Shown here in pieces: positions 38,390 to 49,159 of a stretch of 64,000 nucleotides of DNA. The DNA lies in assembly GCA_973895155.1 (NCBI GenBank), contig OZ316892.1:19321457-19385456 (forward strand), in the 5' to 3' direction. The position numbers and the translations under genes were made by a program. Position 1 is the stretch's first letter, and every line of letters begins with the position of its first letter. Under the pieces are notes generated by a model that saw only the letters and a list, made by a program, of their open reading frames with translations, ran no database searches and had not been told where the DNA came from. The DNA is from Marsupella aquatica. Taxonomy: Eukaryota > Plantae > Marchantiophyta.

Positions 38390-41300
38390 TGTGATCGGTG
38401 CACCGCTGTCATGAGGTTTCCATCCTAAAGGAGGAATCCTCATGTTTTGTGAAGGAAGTTGAAACCAATTTTGCTTCTAACTTGGGCAAGTTGACTTGAC
38501 TTGAGCTAACTTGACCAAGGTGAAGGAGGAAGTAGAGTTATGAGGGTCAAGGTAGGGATGAGGTCGAGCCTACCCACCCTTGTTACTATTGTGGGGTATG
38601 TTTTTCATTTGTGACCAGCGATTAAGTTATCATTTGGCGGATTGGCGGAATGGAGGTTGCTTGCTCAACAAGCAAGGTATTTAGGGTTTTGGCAACATGG
38701 TGACCAGGTTCATTGAATACATGGAGGAGGTGACCAGGTTCAAGGCATGTAAGAGGGTTTGGTCCAAGTGCATCAGTTTTGTGAGATTTGGACCAGATTC
38801 AGATTTTTGTGTTAAATGGACCAGATTCAATGTATCTACTTCAACGGTGGATCTTGGTTTTGGTTAATGGATGGTTTGGATTGAAGGTGGAGATGTGAGT
38901 TAGGGCTTGGTGGAGGTCGTGGCTTTTTCAAAAAGGTCGAAGCTCTTTTGGTTTGCAAGTTACTAAGGAGGGGTTTTTTTGGCTCATTTTTGGCCGTTTG
39001 ATCTAATTGGTGTGAGATCGAGGGCTGTGATTCAACGAGGATTAAAACCATAAGTGGAGGGGCTTGTGGGTGCCCTGGGCCTTCCCACGTGGGTACTAAA
39101 GGAGGAAGTTCGAGTGGCCAAGGGTTCGGAGGTTAGATGCTGCTGAAGTGCTGCCGTTTTGCCGTTTTGGAGTGTTAAGTCCCATTTTTTTGTTGTAGGA
39201 GCGAACCTCTTGAGGGGAGCTCGAGCATGAGGCATGAGTGAAGGGGGAGCCCTCCTCCTTGGCCATGGCCTTAGGATTTTGAGGGTAGGAGATGTAGAGG
39301 CAATTTTGTGAAGAGATAGATGGAGTAGAAGCTTTGAATGTGAAGAGATTGAGTTTTGTGACGGTTTTTCTAGGGATTTGGAGAGAGGTTTCGAATGTAG
39401 GAGAGGCTGACTCGAAGCCTTAGGAAGGAGGTAGGATGTGAGTAGGAAGTATAAGGAGCTTGCATGAGAGATTGCCCACAAGAAGGCATACTCGAATATA
39501 GGTTTGTTGCTTCAAGTTTTGAGGAGAATGGACTTGTAGGAGATTTTTGAAAGCTTAGAGGAGATGAGCCCTAATCTTGTTGAAGCTTGGGAGTCTTGCA
39601 TTAGAGATGGCTCACTAAGAAGGCCTACTCTCTTGTAAACTCCTTGACTTGAAGCTTCGAAAGTAGATTTGGTTGATAGAAGGAAGTATGAGAGAAGGAG
39701 ACTAGGGTTTTGAAGCTTGGATAGGCTATGGAGGGATTTTGAATGCTTGGTTGATGATTAGACTTGGTGATGATTCATTTTTGCTAGGAGGGTCTTGCTT
39801 GTGACCCATGTTTTTACTTGGAGGCCATGATGCTACATGTGCCTTCTTGCTATGCATTTAGAGGAGAGGTATCCTCATTTTTGAGATGTGTGTTGATGCC
39901 TTGCTTTGGCTATGAGTGATGGAATGGTTAGAATGAATGTCTTCATGCCATTTTCGAATGTTGTTGTGAGCTTGAAGGTGTTTTTGAAAGTAGATGGGTT
40001 GGATGAAGGTACTTTCAAAAGTAGTTATTATGCATGAGGGAAGTTGCAAGAGTAAAGAGTGAAGGCATTTTCGATTGATGGAATGGGTTGTTTGTGGATT
40101 GTACTTGGTGGTTCTACTAGAGGAAGGGACTAAGGTCAATTCCATGTTTGTTAAGGAGTTTGTTGACCAACCCTAGGTCACTTTTCAAAAGTAGTTTTCC
40201 ATGTTTCAACAGTTGGATGTTTGAATGGTGCATAGAGATGCCTTGCATACCTTTGGATGTCCCACTTGTCTTAGCCACAACCAAGAGTGACCCTTAACTT
40301 GACCACATTGATGTAAGCTTGAACTTGTGTACCTTAGAGGGTTGCAAGGGATTGTGTGCAATCAAGTGTTGGAAAAGGAATGGTGACCAATTGAATGTTG
40401 GGCTTAGACTTGTGAGGATTACATTGGGAAGCTTGAACTAGTTATTTTGATTGTGATTGGATATGAGTATGTAAATGGCTTGAGTTTCGAAAGCATGCTT
40501 GCTTGCTTATGATGATGTGGATGAAAGGTTAGGGTAGATACTTTGTCTTGTTTGCAACCATTTCCTATCTCAAGCAGCCATACACCCTGCGTGTCCCTTG
40601 AGGCCCTTTCCCACCTCTTTGCTTATCCTCAGGACACCGCGTTGCTAACTCCAGTGGCAATATCCTCGCCAAAAAAGAAACAAAAAAAGTGATCGTTCGG
40701 CGCACGAAATCTTTTCTGGATGGCCAAAAAACAACTCTCTATTTTTTGGGAATAATCCTGCATAGTCAAACAGGGCTCATAGGGGGCCGTTCCCCCTGTC
40801 CAAGCGGTTAAAGTGCCGGGTCACCGGGCCCGAGGAGAGCCAACCAAAAGAGCCGAGAGGAATTGAAAGTTTAAAAATTGGCCCTGAAAAGGGGGGTTTA
40901 AGCCCCTTTAAACAAAAATATGCCCAAAACGCGCAGACAAGGTACAAGGTATTCGTGTGGGATATAGAAGGGCACGGGGGTGAGTTGGCGGCCGTCGGTG
41001 CAGGCGTAGGCGCGGCCGGCTGCAATTGCCAGTGGTGTGCGGGGTCGCGACCGGGGGCCACAGCCCGTGGCTTGCAGATTGCCGGTGGCAAGGAGCGCGC
41101 AGGCGGGGATGGGGCGGTGAGGCGCACAAAGCGTCGGCCGGAGCTGCGTAGCCCGCCACGGTTGCGGCATCGACCAGGTACACAGGAGGGGGGAGTGCGA
41201 CAGTATGTAGGCCGGGACGGGTGTAAACGTGTGTATAAACACACAAAACGCCCTTAAACCCCTCTAAAAGCAAAAGATGACCCCAACCCCAAAAATTTGA

Positions 41301-42574
41301 GTTCTCACCTTAATAGCCGCTATTTAAAATGAGAAAAGCAATGCCACCGACGGGAAAAGTTGCCGAATTGTACCGGCACAGTCTACAGCTCCAGCCCCTA
41401 GGCAGTGGTGGACCTAGCCACCCAGCGCCCTCACCAATCCTAGCACTTGCGCATAAGTGCCCTTGGTGCCCGAACGCCTCCACGGAATACCTCAAGCAAG
41501 CATCCAAGTGCCTCTAGCACCACCTGCGGCCCCTCCCATACAAAGCCGCACTTGCTCACCTACACGACCGCTACTCAACGGTCCTCATTGTCTGCACAAG
41601 CAACCAAGCACCTCGGTAAGTAACCCCTCCGGATCTAGAACTTGCTAAGTCTAGCATCCTAACTCAAGCTCAACAGACGTTGGTAAATAGGTCAGCGATA
41701 GGTCCTCCCGATGCCATAAGCCGGAACCAGAACCCACGCTCACTGTCTGTCTAGGACAACTCCGTCCTTGGGCGCGGCCCGGATTCCCCCTCGTACCTAT
41801 CCATCACCAACTGACCGCCTTGACTTCAGGACATGCTCATGGCCCAAATAGCGTAGCTTGTCCTAAAGCTTGTCTCAACACGCCGGGACCAGAACGGCCC
41901 CGACTCTAACACCCACTCTCGGTTCGCCCCACTGATGGTCTAGGGACCGAGCACCCGTGGGACTCAGCCTCCATACCTACTTCGCCTTGCCTCCCCAACT
42001 CAAGCTCCCTTGGGAGGCTGAACGCGGCTTGGCTGCTGTTCGGCAGGATTTGGCAAGCTCTAACACCCGCAAATCATGAGAACCCATGGCACCCCCAGAC
42101 CTAGCTGAGCTCAAGAGGGCGTAGCCCTCTTCAAGAGCGCCCTAACGCACCTAAGAAGTCCCCCAACGGACTTTCCGTTGGGAAGATATGGTCATTTCCG
42201 TTTGGCAGTTTCCCTTAGTGTCGCGATCGCAGCGGTTCACGACTTCGGCTCGGCCATAGCCCCCAGGGAGACACCACTCCCCTCATATATACTTTTGGAG
42301 ACCTGCCACCCCCGGACCAACTTTGGTCCCTAAACATTTGGCCCCCAACCCGGATCCCATCGCGCATAATGGGCGCGCCACCAACTGGCAACGCCCATAA
42401 CTCTCTTGATAGGCATCCGCAAGCGGAGTGCCTTAGCCCGTTGTGACCGGGCCGACCCCATGCTCATGCCTAGGCCCTCAGGTCTGATTTCTGCTTGGGA
42501 CCCCCAACCGGCCCATCCCGGATCGGGCCACAACTTGCGCCCCAAGCGTCCGTTGCCAATGGCGTCAACTCCAT

Positions 42575-45500
42575 TGTGGTGCGTCCCATGGCTCCCTAAA
42601 CCCAAGAAACCCCCCAGCTCAAGCCGATTCCCGCAGGTTTCGTGCTTGGCGAGGCCGTTTCCGCGGCTTAGCGGCATGGGACGCTGCTAACCTTCTACTA
42701 CTACTATTAACATTTTACACACATATACTGGACAGATCCTTCATCGGGTCATGAGATACGTAGCCGGCCTAATATAGGCCTTCCCCTGTCTTCCCCTGTC
42801 TTCCCCTCCGTCTTGTTAGGTATGTTTGGATTCCGCCGCCGGAATGATCCCCAATAGGCTTGGTTAAGCCGCTAAGACCTCTCTCAGCTCGACACATCCA
42901 ACTCTCACTCCCCTGCTTACTTTCCTTCCTTCTGTTGATGTGGGCACTCTTCACACAAGTTAATGCGACACACAAATAGCAAAATGACTCATTCTGACTG
43001 AGTCATACCATGCACTTGCCATACAAACAGTACATCTCATACACAAGTTCTGCGAACTAAGCCGTGAGGCCAACTCTATTCAGCTCTTAGGCATGAGGAA
43101 ACATGAATATACACAAGGGTCACTGTATGACTAACCGAGAGCTTCTCGTACTACTTGATCCCAGCCCGGCTGGTGCAAACTAAAAACTTGCTAAAGAAGA
43201 GGCCCTGAGCTCCCCGCTGCCCAGGTACTTATCCTGGTAGTGGATCCGCCATTCTTTGCATCGTAAGCCTAATCTACTTAACAGTAATCTACTTGCCCGA
43301 ATCTACCTATGTACAGCAAGGCAGGAGCACAAGTGTTGCTCCTACCAGTGGGACCGCAATCCCACTAAGCTAAGTGTCAGGGCCACTCCTGGTTCTGATC
43401 CTAATCCTAAACGTGGAGATCCGTGCCCGCCCTGCCCACTCACGCCTCCTCCCTCCACGTCCGCCCTCCCTAAAAGGAACGGCGCCCTTGCACCGTCACG
43501 ACACCGGTGGTGGATCCTCAATGGACGCCCCCAATACTTCCTCCTCAGCCACTGCCGTTGGCCCGCCTACTGACAGATTACCTGCCCTTGACCGAGTCAA
43601 CTCTCCATCGGCCTGACTGGGTCCACCTCCGGCTTCAGCCTCGACACCGGCCTCGGCAATACCCACGGCTTCGGCCTCAGCCACTCCCACGGCTTCGGCT
43701 TCAGCCAACCCCACGGCTTCGGCTTCCCCTTCCCCTAGGGTAGTTGGATCCTTAGCCGTGACCCTGTCTGGGGTCGGTGCTGGGTCTACCTCCTTGATCA
43801 CCACGGCCTGTGAAGTCGTATTACTCCTTGACCCTGAAGGTTTCCGCTTCTTCTTTGTTGGTGGCTCGGCAGCTGGTCCCTTCCCCTTCCCACTTACCTC
43901 CGGCACTGGTGCAGGTGGCGCGGCTTGTCCTTCGGCAATTACCACCCCTGGTAACTGGTTTGTCCCAACAGGAGATGGACCTGCTGCAGCTAAGCATTTA
44001 AATACTGTGGCTTGTTTCTTCAGCCGCTCTGTTTGGTTGTCGGCCCGCCGCTGTAGGTTCTCCATCTTCCTCGTGATTTCCTCCAACTCCTCTTGGGTTT
44101 CATCCAGGTCCTTACGTGCCCCCTCCAGCTCGTTTTTGGCCTCCTCCTGCTCCCTGTGGGCTTCCTCCAATTCCTTCTTCAAGGTAGCCCTCTCCTCCTG
44201 GGTTGCTCTTAGCTCCTTGTCGAGCTCTGCAATGATGACAGACTCCATCTGGTTCATCTTGGCGTAAGTCTGTTCGAGCATCTCGTCCTTCTCCCTTAGG
44301 TCGGCCTTGAAGCTGGCCGTCAGGGACGCAAGCTCCTGCTGCAGCGCCATAATCCCTTGATAGGATTTCCCTAACTCGACCTCCTTCTGCTCAAGGGCTC
44401 CGCGGATTTTCTCGAGCTCCCCTTTCAACGCCCATTCCTTTCTTTGGGTCTCCGCCATGGCCCGGCTGTTGGCTGTTATGTGGGCCTCCTCTGTATTCTT
44501 CAGCTCTTGCTTCCACTTTTCCCTTTCCTTGATCGTGTCGGCCAACTCTTCCTGCGTCTGAGTCAGTTTATCCTTGATATTCTGATTATCAGCCTGCGCG
44601 GCGTCCAACTGCCCCTGCATGATGTTCAGCTCATGTCGTTTAATCCGCAGTTCATCTTGGGCTTTCTTGGCCGCCCTTAGATCTTCAATCTCGGCTTCCA
44701 TCCTCCTAAGCCGCCGAATGACCTCGTCCTTCTTGCTTCTCTCTAAAGCCACCGCTTCTTCTAATTGGTGCTTCTCCAACTGCTCCCTATGGAAAAAGGG
44801 TCCTACCTCCAACTCCTCTCCAAAGATGCCGAGCGCAAGTTCCCCACACATCTCACCATACTCCATGGCTCTATTCTTAGCGTAGGTGGAGTAAGTAGAA
44901 GTGATCGGCATCGCCCATCGTGGCCTCTGCTCCCAAGCCGTCCTGCGGATCTCTTCAATCGTGGCTAGAGGTTTGCTTCCTTTTTCGGCTAGCCGCCTGA
45001 TGTCCTCCGGCCAATCTCCTCCTGGTAAATCCTTTTCCTTAGCCAGGGCGGCCTCTTCCTCCTGCTTGATTCGCTCCTGAAATTCCTGCACCGTCTGTTT
45101 TATGCCGTCGAAGCTCGGGGGAGCAACATCTGGTGGGGGAGACTCAGGGCTACTCTGCTGGTTGGGGTCCCCTCGCACTACCCTTGGAAGTGTGGGGACA
45201 AACCGGCCACAGGTCCTTACTCCTGGAACGTGATGGTCCGACCCATAGCCGGAATTATCATGGCTGCAGTCCTCCACTGCCTCCTCTACCTCTTGGACGT
45301 CCGGCTTCTCCCTCTCCTCTTCGTTGGTAGGAGCTTCAGGCAATTCTGCCTCAAATTCGGAGCTTGAGGTTCCCACGTACATTCGAACACCTGGCTTGGA
45401 TTCCGGCCTGATTCTCTCCTTGTCTCCAGCAAAGGGGTTTTCTTTTGTGAGCCGGTGTAGGCCTACCTCTGTAGTAGTGTCCTGCATTGTTGCCGTTGCC

Positions 45501-47234
45501 GTTGTTGTTGCCGATGCCGATTTCTTTTCTTTCTCCAGTAGTTTCAGCAGACTCTGCATGCCTGGTTGCTGCATCGGCAAGTCTTCCTTCCTGGGCCTAA
45601 ACACCTGCTCGATCGTAGGACTAACAGGTGGTTGAGGCTTCTCAGCCAACGGCCTCGGCGTTGGAGCTTCCTCGGGTGCCCTTACCTGCAGGGGAAGTAC
45701 CGGGGCAAAAGTCTGACCTCTGGCATACCGGCACAACAGCGGCATGTGATAGCCAAGCCGCGACACGCTCCCCATGCCGATTACCTGCTGCTCCTCCTTT
45801 AAGATCTTCTTCAATTGGTTGAGGAGGTACCCGTTGTAGTCCCGGCTTGGGTCTGGCCTTTCTGCCAGATAGACCTGTGCCTTGCCGATCTCTGCCCTCG
45901 GCAAGTTACAATGCATGGTCACCCGCAAGAAGTCGATCATCTCTCCTATGTGCGGGTTGGTGCAGGTGTTCCGGAAGAAGCCATTCTTCGTTGATGGCCC
46001 GGGGAACGACCGGAACTCCTTGTCAGGCAAGGTCTTCCTGGTATCAACTTTGGTCTTATTGCCCATCGGCAAGCCAAACACTTCGGCAATCACCTTGGGA
46101 GTAAGATAGAAATCCTTCCCATATATCCTCGTGCAATTGGTCTCGGGTTCCCATGACCCCACGAATTCTAATAGGTCTGACTCCGGTACCTCCGGCTTCA
46201 GCCATGGTAATCTTACAAAGGCCTCCAAGCCGGATCCGGCCATGAAGCCTTGGTACTTCTTGGTCTGCATGGCCGTAAAGCATGCATCCTCCTCCCGTGC
46301 AAAATGTAGTTGCACCTCCACCGGTAGGGTTGCCGCCCAGCCCTTCCAGGTGTCATCCCTGGTTGGAATGGCCTTGATGGGATTGACCTCCTCCTCTTCG
46401 GCTTCTCCCTGCCTCCTGCTCTGCTGCTCGGCTGGCTTCTTTGGTGCCGCCGACCTCGTTCTTTTTGCCGGGGTGGCTTCATCGTTGACGGCTCCCTTCC
46501 TCTTCATCTCTGCTGCCGTGGAGGTTTCTCCTAGCACCGTTGCCCGGGTCCACCTTTCCGTGCTACCCTTTAATTCCCAGTGTATGTCATTGCAGTTCTT
46601 GATGGCCTCTCGGATGCCGACGACGCTGTCTTTGCAAAACAGAAGATCGTCGAGTTGATTGGAAGTAGGCGTCCACAGGAACTCGTCCTTGATGAGTTCG
46701 CCTCCTAAGAAAGCCGTCTTCTGTAGCTCCCACAATCGAGCGAGCTCCTGCCGTTCTCGAGCTGCCCTTTCTGACTCCTCGTCCTCGTAAGTCTTGATGT
46801 ACTCAGTTGCCCGTTCGAACAGGCATCCCCAGAAATGTGCCGCTTGATTGACGTTGCTCATACCCTCCTTAGGTTGATCGTCGGTATCTACTCTCTCCCC
46901 GAGTGCTTGCCTAAGCAGCTGACAGTAGTTGGCCTCCCGTAGTCGTCTGCCTAGTTCGTGCTCGCAAATGAGCCACCATCTCCTGCAAGCGCTCCTTACC
47001 CCTCTCCTCTGCCGGTCCTTCTTCCCGTTGATCCTTCCTAGCCGCCGACGCTTAACGCGCCCTAACCCTAATCGGGTTTTCACCCTCAGCCTTACCTCCG
47101 GCCTCTGCCCGGGTTCCATGGTTGCCCCTAATTGTTTATATTTTCCTTGTTTTGTCACTATACTAAGGTGTTCCTAGGGTGCCTTCCTGCTTTACCCACT
47201 TAACCGGCCAAGTGATTCCTGTCTAGGCATCACA
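42575..47234 (-). mobile_element. Giant solo LTR, copy 1 (4660 bp), containing an intact ORF
   Basis: Termini TGTGG...TCACA; perfect 5-bp TSD TCCAT (42570-42574 and 47235-47239); near-identical inverted copy at 54048-58712; homologous to the PBS-adjacent LTR at 52674-62296. Confidence 0.93.
43496..47119 (-). CDS. LTR-encoded 1207-aa protein: basic N-terminus, plant-transposon-protein-like domain, acidic linker, long coiled coil, NLS-like motif and acidic tail
   Basis: Uninterrupted 3624-bp ORF from the first ATG (MEPGQRPEV). Homologous ORFs in both other LTR copies. Heptad-rich region about 44790-44010. KKKRK motif. Confidence 0.88.
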   Translation of the reverse strand: MEPGQRPEVRLRVKTRLGLGRVKRRRLGRINGKKDRQRRGVRSACRRWWLICEHELGRRLREANYCQLLRQALGERVDTDDQPKEGMSNVNQAAHFWGCLFERATEYIKTYEDEESERAARERQELARLWELQKTAFLGGELIKDEFLWTPTSNQLDDLLFCKDSVVGIREAIKNCNDIHWELKGSTERWTRATVLGETSTAAEMKRKGAVNDEATPAKRTRSAAPKKPAEQQSRRQGEAEEEEVNPIKAIPTRDDTWKGWAATLPVEVQLHFAREEDACFTAMQTKKYQGFMAGSGLEAFVRLPWLKPEVPESDLLEFVGSWEPETNCTRIYGKDFYLTPKVIAEVFGLPMGNKTKVDTRKTLPDKEFRSFPGPSTKNGFFRNTCTNPHIGEMIDFLRVTMHCNLPRAEIGKAQVYLAERPDPSRDYNGYLLNQLKKILKEEQQVIGMGSVSRLGYHMPLLCRYARGQTFAPVLPLQVRAPEEAPTPRPLAEKPQPPVSPTIEQVFRPRKEDLPMQQPGMQSLLKLLEKEKKSASATTTATATMQDTTTEVGLHRLTKENPFAGDKERIRPESKPGVRMYVGTSSSEFEAELPEAPTNEEEREKPDVQEVEEAVEDCSHDNSGYGSDHHVPGVRTCGRFVPTLPRVVRGDPNQQSSPESPPPDVAPPSFDGIKQTVQEFQERIKQEEEAALAKEKDLPGGDWPEDIRRLAEKGSKPLATIEEIRRTAWEQRPRWAMPITSTYSTYAKNRAMEYGEMCGELALGIFGEELEVGPFFHREQLEKHQLEEAVALERSKKDEVIRRLRRMEAEIEDLRAAKKAQDELRIKRHELNIMQGQLDAAQADNQNIKDKLTQTQEELADTIKEREKWKQELKNTEEAHITANSRAMAETQRKEWALKGELEKIRGALEQKEVELGKSYQGIMALQQELASLTASFKADLREKDEMLEQTYAKMNQMESVIIAELDKELRATQEERATLKKELEEAHREQEEAKNELEGARKDLDETQEELEEITRKMENLQRRADNQTERLKKQATVFKCLAAAGPSPVGTNQLPGVVIAEGQAAPPAPVPEVSGKGKGPAAEPPTKKKRKPSGSRSNTTSQAVVIKEVDPAPTPDRVTAKDPTTLGEGEAEAVGLAEAEAVGVAEAEAVGIAEAGVEAEAGGGPSQADGELTRSRAGNLSVGGPTAVAEEEVLGASIEDPPPVS

Positions 47235-48327
47235 TCCATTGGCCTTGGGCCCAAGAGGAGCTCACTCCCAAGCCCTCAGAACTCAAAGCCCCTCCGACGG
47301 TCCGGACGGCCATCCTTGAGCCCGGCCCATTTCTCCTTGACCCTACCAGCCATAGGCTAGTCCAAGTCCTTAGTGTGTGTCCCCAGCTTGGCCCCTTGCC
47401 TCGCTAGTGCCACGTCTCATTGCCCACAACTCTCCCCATGCTAAGTCCTCCCCGGATGGCCTATCCGGGCCTGGACCATAAGGGAGCTCGGCGTCGGAGT
47501 TAGCGACGCGCGGAGCTAAGTGTTAAGGTAGTCGAGTTCCGTGACTTGGGCCCTCACTCCGTGTAAAAGAAGTGGACCCCCCTGCCATCGGGCCCTTTTC
47601 CTGTTTACCCCTTGTTATTTCCATTTTACTATTAAAAGTTCCCTTATTACCGGTAATAATTATAATTATTAGTTCAAAATGAATAAAAATTACCCTTTGA
47701 GCATTTGCACGTCCTCCATGTATTAGTTAAGACTGAGGGCCAAGGGGCTCCAGCAAAGTAAAAAAAATCCGCCGCGTCGCCTTCACTTCGCGTCAAGTGC
47801 CAATCCCGGGCTCAAAATGACCGCCTCGCCGTGATCAAACCGTTGAGCCGTAGCACTTCGCGTTTCTTCCACCAAGTTGGACGTCACGAAGAGAAACCCG
47901 GTTCAGATGTGAACAAGCTCCATAGCTTGTGAAAAAACCTGAACGCCTCCGTCACTTGTCATGTCTCACTCGGTAACAACTCGACAGCAACTCAGTTACC
48001 AAAACAACCAGCTCGCTTCAACCTTCAACTTGAGCTATAATGTGCGATCCCTCCCGCACCGCACAGCTCACACCGTTGAAAAATGCAAACTCAGGTCTCT
48101 CCCCCAAATACCGTCGAATATGAATAAACCCTGAACGATGCAAACTTCAATTCCTCTGCACCACGGATACCGATCAACAAGTTCTAACCACCGTTAGAAA
48201 GCCCTCTTACTAACCTATCCGCTCAGCCACACATATTCGAGTTTCATGCGACTAAACTCCGAATGTACCATCGAAAATGAACGTTGGAAAAACCTATCAC
48301 AAAAAAACCTTGTCACCTCCCAGGCAT

Positions 48328-48339
48328 GCTCTGATACCA
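48328..48339 (-). promoter_or_regulatory. PBS (tRNA-iMet) of another LTR element
   Basis: Minus strand TGGTATCAGAGC, 2 nt from the LTR end ...CTCAACA. Confidence 0.85.
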
Positions 48340-48341
48340 CT

Positions 48342-49159
48342 TGTTGAGCATAGACAACATTCGTAAAGGCAAGCCCATGAACCATCCAACGCACAAGAGT
48401 CGACACAGAGAGATACGTGGTTCACCTCCACATGAGGCTACATCCACGGGAACACACAAGAGCTTTACTGCACTCTAGGCCGACCGGCCATACCAAGCAT
48501 CCACAGCGCAAGCTCTTCCTATCTCTCAACTAGCTCCATAACAATGAGCCTAAGTTCCACCAGGGTCTGGCATCAGCCCTGGCTATATGCGCAACAGCAC
48601 TAGCGCTAACATTAGCTAAGTCCTAACCCGAGTTAGACTAACTATGGTTAGCTCATGAGTCACAAGAGTAGAGCAATATGTAACAATACAGAGGCTAGGA
48701 GGAACTCCTCTTGGAGACTCATGCTCATTCTTATGGAGCAACTTGGAGAGAGAGGAAAGCTTGAATGTGCTATGGAAACTTGGTGTGGCCGAAGTGCCTA
48801 AGTAGAGCTATAATAAAGTCTCTTGTATTCTTGTGTATGTAGCTTCAAGGAGGTGAATCACATATCTATTGTGTTGGTGCATTGCTTGCTGGTTGCTTGA
48901 GTTCTCATGTGTATGTTGCCAGCACTTTTCCTTACATATCTCGTTTGCTGGCCAAATCCTACCAAGACAAACAACCAAACCACATTCAGTTGGGGGAAAG
49001 GTTTCCCCATTTCGCACAAATTAACAGATCCAACTCTCACAAATCTCACTAGGGAGTGGGACAAATTAATTTGCCTTGTCAAGCTCAGTGCCCGGCTCAG
49101 TGCTTGCTGACCCTATATCCTTGGAGAAACCTACCATTTTATGATCAAATGTGTTAACA
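48342..49159 (-). mobile_element. 5' LTR of an LTR element whose internal region (below 48327) shows no recognisable coding
   Basis: TGTTGA...TTAACA termini; adjacent PBS; U5-like TACGTGGTTCACC..CTACATCCACGG. Right boundary tentative; partner LTR not found. Confidence 0.65.

Noticed and set aside
40777-42690. ORFs of 90-155 aa in the GC-rich block
   Set aside because: Expected by chance at high GC; present on both strands with no domain motifs.
43758-46658. Plus-strand ORFs overlapping the large ORF (and their mirrors at 54625-57528)
   Set aside because: Antisense shadows of a GC-rich coding sequence; Ser/Phe/Leu-rich with no independent support.
43496-47119. Host myosin/SMC/tropomyosin-like gene
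   Set aside because: No motor or ATPase motifs, no introns, and it lies inside TSD-flanked LTRs in three copies. The similarity is only generic coiled coil.
43496-47119. Envelope (env) glycoprotein
   Set aside because: No signal peptide or hydrophobic transmembrane stretch is visible; the sequence is charged and has NLS-like motifs.
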